In this document: piece after piece, positions 1 to 6,446 of the stretch | How the letters are laid out: each line of letters begins with the position of its first letter | Numbering within the stretch: the first letter of the stretch is position 1 | From: Octopus sinensis | Taxonomy: Eukaryota | DNA length: 7,581 nt | Assembly (NCBI RefSeq): GCF_006345805.1 | Contig: NW_021828827.1 | Location: forward strand, 1-7,581 | Reading direction: 5' to 3' | Made by a program: the position numbers and the translations under genes | The notes under the pieces: generated by a model | What the model saw: only the letters and a program-made list of their open reading frames with translations | Databases searched by the model: none | What the model was told of the DNA's origin: nothing

Positions 1-31
1 ATTTAAAAATGTTTTGGCTCGTTGATGACTA

Positions 32-423
32 GCTTCACTTCGCTTACTTCGCCTTATGTACTTGCTTGACGAGGCTGGGTCATCCCAGGTTTGTGGTTCC
101 AGAGATCTCATCATGCGTAGAGCCGACTAGGTCAACCAGTACTCTCTGTCACTGGCTGCTCTGTGGCAACCCCTCTGCTTACTCCAAAGTGACGTTGAGT
201 CTCTGGAGATCTTCCCCAATCACGTCCGACCAACTGGTGCGGGGCCTGCCACGAAGCTTCCTCCAGTTCGCTGCTGTTGCATCAAATGAGAGTAAAGCCC
301 TGGATGATCTAGCGGGAGACGGACGACATATCCATACCAGCGGATACGACGGATATCTATGTGGTGAGAGGGTGAGAGGCTGCAGACTGATGCGTGCATA
401 CAAGCAGTTCTTTGTTGGAATCT
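32..423 (-). mobile_element. 5'-truncated, degraded RTE-clade LINE (C-terminus of RT ORF plus 3' tail), lineage A
   Basis: Minus-strand translation across frameshifts gives SNKEL/YARISLQPL/RRIRWYGYVVRLPLDHP/RALLSFDATAANWRKLRGRPRTSWSDVIGEDLQRLNVTLE*AEGLPQSSQ*QRVLVDLVGSTHDEISGTTNLG*. This is the RTE post-RT pattern RRLRWxGHVxR...RGRP..W...DL....W. In-frame stops at 179-181 and 149-151; probable true stop at 80-82. A short-repeat tail follows (cttcacttcgcttacttcgc on + at 33-52). Possible 6-bp TSD tgacta at 26-31 and 424-429 (weak). Confidence 0.88.
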
Positions 424-618
424 TGACTAAATCTTGCCCATATATGAAAGTCCTCCTTTTCTACGTAACCGATTATTTACAAGTCAAGGTTTAATTCAGT
501 CAGGGGCTAGCGTCGTTGTCGAAGTAGACGTCAGAAAACAAAGACACAAAACAGATACCTTACGTTTTATCACCCGACGTTTTAAACAATTCCGCTAATG
601 CATCCGCCGGAGATGTTG

Positions 619-742
619 CTACTTTATAACCATTCAGATGATATAAGGTAATGGAAATTTCAACAGGATATGAACTCAAAGAACGGAAACTCGAAGCAAA
701 TAATGCAAGGCATTCGACGCTGCTCGAAAGATTCTGCATTCT
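619..742 (-). mobile_element. Probable degraded tRNA-derived SINE head (third family in the window)
   Basis: Minus strand has an A-box-like TGCAGAATCTT (728-738) and a B-box-like GAGTTCATATCC (666-677), with AATGCCTTGCATTATTTG between them. It resembles a cephalopod SINE head I recall (gcagaatcgttagagc...aatgccttgcggtattt...gagttcaaatcc...gataaaataag). Heavily diverged, boundaries approximate, family match from memory only. Confidence 0.45.
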
Positions 743-1005
743 TGCTCAAGCTTGTTACGGCACTAAGCTATATAAAGCAACGTCACAGAGAGATTTATTT
801 GAATTCCACGCATCATGGTAGACTGAAATATTTTCAATGTTTACTCTTTTACGTATTTCAGTCATTTGACTCTGGCCATGCTGGGGCACCGCCTTGAGTT
901 GAGCAAATCGTAAGCCTAGTACTTACTCTATCGGTCTATTTTGCCGAACCGCTAAGTAACGGGGACGTAAACACACCAGCACCGGTTGTCAAGCGATGTT
1001 TGGGG

Positions 1006-1095
1006 CACAAACACAGACAAACAAACATACACAAACACACACACACACACACACACATACACACACACACATATATATATATATATACATATATA
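1006..1095. repeat. Compound (CA)n/(TA)n microsatellite inside SINE copy 1
   Basis: Direct reading: cacaaacacagacaaacaaacatacacaaacacacac...atatatat. The equivalent tract in copy 2 (about 5448-5475) is under 30 bp. Confidence 0.95.
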
Positions 1096-1194
1096 CGAAG
1101 GGCTTCTTTCAGTTTCCGTCTACTAAATCCACTTACAAGGCTTTAGTCGGCCCGAAGCTATAGTAGAAGACACTAGCGCAAGGTGCCACGCAGT

Positions 1195-1248
1195 GGGACT
1201 GAACCCGGAACCATGTGGTTGATAAGCAAGCTACTTACCACACAGCCA
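1195..1248 (-). promoter_or_regulatory. Internal Pol III type-2 promoter (A and B boxes) of SINE copy 1
   Basis: TGGCTGTGTGG and GGTTCAGTCCC at tRNA-like spacing. The B box departs from GTTCRA (it reads GTTCAG). Activity unknown. Confidence 0.6.
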
Positions 1249-1390
1249 CTCCTACGCCTAGCACAAACTTATTGTATCTAGATCTTTGTGGATTTCGACA
1301 CTAACCGAGTGTCATACTATTTCTTGCAATCCGTGTTTTCTGTGGGGTATATCTCCTTCACCTCTTTAATTTCACAGATATGCCTAGATG

Positions 1391-1413
1391 TGTATGTATG
1401 TATGTATGTATGT
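1391..1413. repeat. (TATG)n tetranucleotide microsatellite
   Basis: tgtatgtatgtatgtatgtatgt. Confidence 0.95.
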
Positions 1414-1566
1414 TCGGATGGATGAATCATCCATAGATGGAAAGATGCGTGAAAGATGTCCCAAATTTGAAACTTTAATAGGATCCATTTTAAAATAAGA
1501 TAAATGTATTCTTTTCCTGCAGTCGTCATTAAATGTGCTTGGCTCAAAATTTTGAAAAATAACTAG

Positions 1567-1594
1567 TATACATACATACATACATACATATATA
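1567..1594. repeat. (CATA)n tetranucleotide microsatellite
   Basis: tatacatacatacatacatacatatata. Confidence 0.95.
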
Positions 1595-1631
1595 ATGAGT
1601 AATATATGTGAAAATGAGGATACGTATAATA

Positions 1632-1634
1632 TAA

Positions 1635-1682
<48 letters not shown>

Positions 1683-1760
1683 TATATATCTAATATATAT
1701 ATGCCTGTATGCATGTGTGTGTGTGTGTGCACATAAATATACGTATATGCATATGCATGA
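1632..1760. repeat. Compound (TA)20 + (TG)8 microsatellite with alternating purine-pyrimidine flanks
   Basis: Pure (TA)20 at 1641-1680 and (TG)8 at 1714-1729, followed by atatacgtatatgcatatgcat. Confidence 0.95.
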
Positions 1761-1914
1761 AAGCATGCATAATGAGAAGATGAGGTGAGATCTATTTTCC
1801 ACTACATCCATTTTTGATAAAAGAAAAACCTAAGACGTATTCTACCATATTCCTTTTCCCAGTTATTTCTTACAAGAAATTATGGTAATGATAATTACCG
1901 CCATCACGACCACA

Positions 1915-1979
1915 ATTATTATTATCATTATTATTATTATTATAATATTATTATTGTTGTTGTTGTTGTTGTTGTTGTT
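1915..1979. repeat. Compound trinucleotide repeat (ATT)n-(GTT)8
   Basis: Imperfect (ATT)n at 1915-1955 directly followed by (GTT)8 at 1956-1979. Source of the poly-Ile/poly-Leu ORF 1882..2094. Confidence 0.95.
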
Positions 1980-2289
1980 ACAGCTAAACAAACTAGGAAA
2001 TGATATGTTGAAAATAAACAATATGCCGAGAGCAGTATCTTCATTCTATCTCTGGGTGAACAATTTCTTTGGTTTCCTTCAGGGTGGCTTCTGAACAAAA
2101 ACATTATCCTACGAATTCATAATATAAAAAGAAGGAAAAAAGAGTAAGAAAAGCATTTCAAAAAGAACAAAAAATATGATTTTGTAACAAAATTCTTCTG
2201 GAAAAATCTGAAATCATTCATTTCCGGTGTTCTTTAAAATATGCCTTAGGATAAGTATGTAGGCACCCATACATTTAGACAGAACTTTA

Positions 2290-2303
2290 ACATACATAAT
2301 ACA

Positions 2304-2337
<34 letters not shown>

Positions 2338-2340
2338 CAT

Positions 2341-2371
<31 letters not shown>

Positions 2372-2460
2372 GTATATTATATATTTTATATATATATATT
2401 TTATATATATATATACATATATATACATATACGTATATATATTGTGTGTATATAAGCATA
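2290..2460. repeat. Compound (ACAT)8 + degenerate (AT)n array
   Basis: (ACAT)8 at 2301-2332, then interrupted AT repeats to about 2460. Confidence 0.95.
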
Positions 2461-2482
2461 TAGGCATACATGCGTGCACGTG

Positions 2483-2483
<1 letters not shown>

Positions 2484-2530
<47 letters not shown>
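2484..2530. repeat. (TATC)11+ / (GATA)n microsatellite
   Basis: 47-bp uninterrupted TATC array. Confidence 0.97.
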
Positions 2531-2677
2531 GTGTATGTATGTACATATGTAAGTAAGCACATATGCATATATACAAGCTTGTATGCATTTATGTATCTGT
2601 TGGCTGATCCAGTCACCTGAAAATAAAGGGAAATACTCTACGTGTATGTACTCGAGTACTTTTCTCAGTGTTCGGGA

Positions 2678-2781
2678 TTTCTTTCTTTCTCTCCATCTCT
2701 CTTTCTCTCTCATACATACACACACATACACACAGATATATATTGTGAATGAGTGAGAACGAGGGTGAGAGAGAGACAGAG
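2678..2781. repeat. Low-complexity (CT/CTTT)n, (CA)n and (GA)n tracts
   Basis: tttctttctttctctccatctctctttctctct, then catacatacacacacatacacac, then a GA-rich tract at about 2755-2781. Confidence 0.85.
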
Positions 2782-3229
2782 ACGACGATGACGACGTTTA
2801 TATGCGAGTGAGATTGTATTGGGTGCGCTCAGAGTTTTAGTTTGAAAAAGAAAGAGATCATTTTTAGCACTATTCGTGTATGCAGATGTGCAAGCGTTGA
2901 CATTCTTATGTTTTCCTATACAATAATAGAAGTATTTGTTGTAATGATAGAAAATAGATTATGAATCTATAGATACGATAATTTCATTGAAATCCTCATC
3001 TGGATATTTCTCACCTAACGAAAAACATATGAAGATAGAGAGATATATAGTAGCATGAATCGAAACAGCTGTATGTCTGTGCACAAGTACAAATATAGGA
3101 ATAAATACACATACCATCTGAAAGTTATATAGTTATATGCATATACATAGAAACACACTCACATAAACATACGCAAGAACACACATGTGCAGGGAACGTG
3201 CGGGCACACTCCTCCCAGAAATATATACA

Positions 3230-3306
<77 letters not shown>
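3230..3306. repeat. (TATC)19 / (GATA)n microsatellite
   Basis: 77-bp uninterrupted TATC array. Confidence 0.97.
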
Positions 3307-3308
<2 letters not shown>

Positions 3309-3380
3309 ATATACACACACATAATATTATATATTATATTAATGTTTGTGCTTACATTAAATTATATATACAACATTTTA

Positions 3381-3583
3381 GCATTACCAAGATATAGACA
3401 CCAGCTGGGAGCAAACGAGGGAGAGGAAGACCGCTCCAAAAACTGGTGCAGTACTCTCCACGAGGACTTACGGTAGCTGCAATTGACCTGAACTGATGCA
3501 AAAACGGCTACGTGTAAAAACGTCTGTAGCAGATCGCACTCCCTGGATACAACTTGTTGCTCCGTAGGAGGAACGGCTACTAA
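3381..3583 (+). mobile_element. Degraded 3' fragment of RTE-clade LINE, lineage B
   Basis: Frame-hopping translation: *TPAGSKRGRGRP (3395-3433), then NWCSTLHEDLR*LQLT*TDAKT, then VADRTPWIQLVA (3526-3561), then RRRNGY* (stop 3581-3583). This matches the RTE C-terminal pattern WTP.G.KR.RGRP..W.....EDL....TW..A...A.DR..W..LVA. Not obvious from the ORF track because of frameshifts. Confidence 0.8.
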
Positions 3584-3740
3584 CATATGTATCTCAAGAT
3601 GCATACATACACTCGCGTGCATCCGATGTCTGCTGCTGGTGGTAGATTGTGAAGTACGATTTCAGTAAATGTCGAAAAGCTTTGGATAATGAGTGCTTCC
3701 TTAGGCTATATCACTATGACCCGAAGCTACTGCGCCCTCC

Positions 3741-4260
3741 ATCTACAATGGAATTAATCAGTGGCTGCGTCTCCTCCTAATGATGTCTATTGCCAACACC
3801 AGTAGATCCCAACTTCTGGTTCGCGAAACCCTGGTCGTTCGCGAAGGTAGTATGGGGTTCCGTGAACATTTTAAGCTGACAGATGTTTCAATATCCTGGG
3901 CTCCGTGGGAAAACTCATTTAAATAACAGGGGTTCCTTGTTAGTGAAAAGGTTGGGAACCACTCGTCCACACCAAGGCTTACCAAATGCAAGCACTATAT
4001 TGAAGAAGCAAATAAGCAGAAGTGATTCAAAGTTTGCCGAACTTGTCTAGGCATTTCTTGAAAGGGCGTTTGGTGATCCATATTTTTGATCTCACTAAGG
4101 TGAAGGGGCTGTATGTTCACGAGTCAGTCCACATGCTGTGCCTACACCATGATGGTCATCACAAGTAACAGTAGATGGATGTCCCAGAAGTTGGTAATAG
4201 TGTCATCAGTGTTAGATTCACGTTGCCTGTGGATCAGGAAGTCTATGTAGGTTGGAATCT
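3741..4260 (-). mobile_element. Possible very old CR1/L2-like LINE 3' remnant, interrupted by the MITE
   Basis: Minus-strand peptides in the expected order: LVNIQPLHLSEIKNM (about 4123-4079), FKKCLDKF (4062-4039, +1 frameshift), and beyond the MITE AATD/NSIVD (3768-3741). These resemble LFNxLP...FKxxLDKFL...RAAxxNSI at the end of CR1-like ORF2. Short, degenerate matches judged by eye. Confidence 0.3.
3800..3964. mobile_element. Non-autonomous hAT-type DNA transposon (MITE), 165 bp
   Basis: Left end CAGTAGATCCCAACTTCT; the right end reverse-complemented reads GAGTGGTTCCCAACCTTT (imperfect TIR resembling hAT/Charlie CAGTGGTTCCCAAC). Flanking 8-mers gccaacac (3792-3799) and gtccacac (3965-3972) match at 6/8, consistent with a decayed 8-bp hAT TSD. 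Repeated subterminal GTTC motifs. Confidence 0.8.
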
Positions 4261-4369
4261 TCTGAGATAGTGCTTACTTGACTCAGACCAGTCGGAACTT
4301 GATTATCCCCGTCTGGGTCTTCTGGGTCGATAGGGTCGTCTAGGTGAGGCCCTCTGAGTGTTGAAATAT

Positions 4370-4834
4370 CTTCTTCTTCTTAATCCTCTTTGTCCCTTGT
4401 GGGGCATAGGGCCTCAACAGTTGTTTCCCACATTTTGCAGTCATTGGCGCGTTTCTTGGCTGCTTCCCATGTCTGGTCGGTGGTCCTGAGCTCGTCCAAA
4501 ATGCTCAGCTTCCATATCTGCTTCGGGCGTCCTCGCTTCCTTTCCCCCTGCGGGTTCCATTCAAGTGCTTGTCGTGTCACATTTGAGGGTTCTTTCCGCA
4601 GTGTGTATCCGATAAATCTCCATTTCCTTCGTCTAATCTGGTTGACCCTTTCCCACAGGTCGGTGTTTGGCACTCTGTCGAAACTCTTCAGATGGAGGAT
4701 CTGCCGGAGACATTTGTTTATGAAGGTCTGGATCTTCTTCTAGCTGCTGCAGGTTGCTCTCCATGTTTGAGAGCCATACAAAAGCACAGATTTTACGTTT
4801 GAAATAAATAAGCAGAGTCTAGTTCGAGTTAAGA
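4370..4834 (-). mobile_element. 5'-truncated RTE-clade LINE, lineage C (465 bp), with (GAA)n tail and 15-bp TSD
   Basis: One frame, no frameshifts: TRTRLCLFISNVKSVLLYGSQTWRATCSS*KKIQTFINKCLRQILHLKSFDRVPNTDLWERVNQIRRRKWRFIGYTLRKEPSNVTRQALEWNPQGERKRGRPKQIW...EALCPTRDKED*. These are hallmark RTE motifs (VLLYGSETW, CLRxIL, RRRKWxxIGHTLR, LEWNPQGxRKRGRP). One internal stop at 4740-4742. The stop at 4380-4382 is followed directly by GAAGAAGAAG. TSD tgagtgttgaaatat (4355-4369) vs tgagtgtggaaatat (4835-4849), 14/15. Confidence 0.95.
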
Positions 4835-4877
4835 TGAGTGTGGAAATATGCCAAACAACAAAAATCTCCAGATAATA

Positions 4878-5166
4878 TGATGGACTCTACCGTCGAAAAC
4901 GACGAATGAATCTTCAAATTTTTGCTGAATGACATACATACATGATTTGTTTATGGTAAGCAAATGTATGTGCTGCACTTTAGCTCACTACCTTCATCAA
5001 ATAGACGTTGCCTGAAGAGGTGAAAAGTGTACGATACGTCAGGTGTCAAAATGATTGCAGACAATGTGAAATGTTCATGAAAACAACATACCATCCGGTC
5101 TAGGAATTGAAACCACTTTCTCGATCTCGTGAGTGCAATACTTAACCACGAGGCCAATCGTCCTCA
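4878..5166 (-). mobile_element. tRNA-derived SINE, family 2 (apparently full length, about 290 bp)
   Basis: Minus-strand head TGAGGACGAT-TGGCCTCGTGG-TTAAG...GGTTTCAATTCC-TAGACCGG, with A box at 5146-5156 and B box at 5103-5114. The body resembles an Octopus SINE I recall (...gacacctgacgt...caggcaacgtc...gtgagctaa...ataaacaaatca...gagtccat). Flanked by a degenerate 10-bp direct repeat, ccagataata (4868-4877) / ctagataaca (5167-5176), 8/10. Confidence 0.8.
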
Positions 5167-5198
5167 CTAGATAACATGCGTCCTCATCAGATAACATA
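5159..5198. repeat. 20-bp tandem duplication spanning the SINE 5' junction
   Basis: cgtcctcactagataacatg (5159-5178) and cgtcctcatcagataacata (5179-5198), 17/20 identical. Confidence 0.85.
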
Positions 5199-5283
5199 AC
5201 TGGTGCCTAAATCTTAAAATTGTCTGTTCAAATACAATGATTTAATCAGTTTTTTATCAATAAAAATCTTTCTCTGATATATT

Positions 5284-5649
5284 TAGGCGAAGGAGTGGCT
5301 GTATGGTAAGTAGCGTGCTTACGAACCACATGGTTCCGGGTTCAATCCCATTGCGTGACACTTTGGGCAAGTGTCTTCTACTATACACTCGGGCCGACCA
5401 AAGCCTTGTGAGTAGATTTGGTAGACGGAAGCTGAATGAAGCCCGTCGTATATATATGTGTGTGTGTCTGTGTTTGTCCCCCCAACGTCGCTTGACAACC
5501 GATGCTGGTGTATTATACGTCCTCTTCACTTAGCGGTTCGGCAAGGGGGTCTGATAGAATAAGTACTAGGCATACAAAGAATAAGTCCTGGGGTCGATTT
5601 GCCCAACTAAACACGGTGACTGAAACAAATAAAAGAAAATAAAAGAAAT
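5284..5649 (+). mobile_element. tRNA-derived SINE, family 1, copy 2
   Basis: Homolog of 841-1260. A box TGGCTGTATGG (5296-5306), B box GGTTCAATCCC (5339-5349), CORE-like TTGGGCAAGTGTCTT after the head, short TA/TG spacer, tail aaataaaagaaaataaaagaaa. Possible 7-bp TSD atattta (5279-5285 / 5648-5654), weak in this AT-rich context. Confidence 0.92.
5296..5349 (+). promoter_or_regulatory. Internal Pol III type-2 promoter (A and B boxes) of SINE copy 2
   Basis: The B box GTTCAATCC fits GTTCRANNC; the A box is near consensus. Activity unknown. Confidence 0.65.
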
Positions 5650-5919
5650 ATTTATGGAAAACATGCACTAACATAAAACCAGATTTATCTGACACGTATC
5701 ATACTCCATTAGTCAACTCAAAGGCTACGGTTTATACTGCTTGAACAAGATTTTTCGCAGTTGGATGGAACACGAAAATAATCACTTATTTGCGATGGGA
5801 GCTATCTAACCTCACAATCACGCATGTTTCTAGAAAACATTTAGTCAATTTATATCAATACGTATACAATTTTTGCCGCATTAGAAGTGCCGCAACATTA
5901 TTCAATATCTCATTTTCAT

Positions 5920-5935
5920 TATACATACATATATA

Positions 5936-6016
<81 letters not shown>

Positions 6017-6413
6017 CATGCATATATATATATGCATACATATATATATACATACATATATATATACATACACAATATATATATATATCTATATATAACA
6101 TACATATATATAAATATATATATATATGATACACATATTATATAAATATATATATATATATACACATATATATATAATATATATATAATATATACCACAC
6201 ATATATATATATATATACATACATATATATATGTATATATATACATATATACATATATATATACATACATACTACTTACATACAAATATATTATATATAT
6301 ATACATACATACATATTTACATATATACATACATACATATATACATATATACATACATACATATATACATAAATACATACATATATATATAATATATATA
6401 CTATATATTATAT

Positions 6414-6446
<33 letters not shown>

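Larger units (their letters stand above)
841..1260 (-). mobile_element. tRNA-derived SINE, family 1, copy 1 (Octopus-type, possibly a CORE-SINE such as OR1/OR2)
   Basis: Reverse-complement homolog of 5284-5649 in this window (1091-1260 vs 5284-5453: 149/170 ungapped by manual count). tRNA-like head with A box TGGCTGTGTGG (1238-1248) and B box GGTTCAGTCCC (1195-1205). It has an internal CA/TA microsatellite, a 3' domain, and an A-rich AAAAGAGTAA end. Family name is from memory. Confidence 0.92.

Noticed and set aside
66-494. 142-aa plus-strand ORF
   Set aside because: Antisense shadow of RTE fragment A; the recognisable motifs are on the minus strand.
1350-2625. Other acceptor-like motifs: ...ctctttaatttcacAG (1377), ...tcttttcctgcAG (1522), ...ggtttccttcAG (2082), and minus-strand ...ccctttattttcAG (about 2617)
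   Set aside because: Each is followed by microsatellite, an early stop or no plausible donor. Such motifs are expected by chance in AT-rich DNA.
2648-2659. 12-bp perfect palindrome GTACTCGAGTAC; also a 6-bp hairpin at 1297-1313 and a near-palindrome at 5824-5840
   Set aside because: Isolated and short, with no repetition or TSD context; not distinguishable from chance in 7.6 kb.
1317-3476. ORFs rich in YI/YV/LSIY/poly-I/poly-L repeats (1317..1547, 1384..1581, 1544..1732, 1563..1811, 1882..2094, 2214..2471, 2246..2479, 2370..2552, 2519..2731, 3185..3397, 3198..3476)
   Set aside because: They are stop-free translations of microsatellites. Only the last residues of 3198..3476 (NWCSTLHEDLR) are meaningful, and they belong to RTE fragment B.
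4390-4743. 117-aa plus-strand ORF
   Set aside because: Antisense shadow of RTE fragment C.
4370-5166. Idea that the SINE (4878-5166) and the RTE (4370-4834), on the same strand and 43 bp apart, form one Pol III-driven SINE-LINE chimera
   Set aside because: Each has its own flanking direct repeat (15 bp for the RTE, a degenerate 10 bp for the SINE), and no shared TSD brackets both. They are independent insertions.
5284-5360. tRNA genes at the three SINE heads (also 1190-1260 and 5095-5166)
   Set aside because: A and B boxes are present, but I see no complete cloverleaf with an acceptor stem, and each head continues into SINE body sequence.
4951-5695. ORFs 4951..5157, 5257..5529, 5303..5533 and 5513..5695
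   Set aside because: They lie within SINE copies and have no recognisable protein motif. The same applies to 670..897, 3362..3622 and 3758..3991, which overlap other repeats.
5790-6378. Four overlapping ORFs of 71-158 aa
   Set aside because: Translations of the AT/ACAT array on both strands, with no protein-like complexity.
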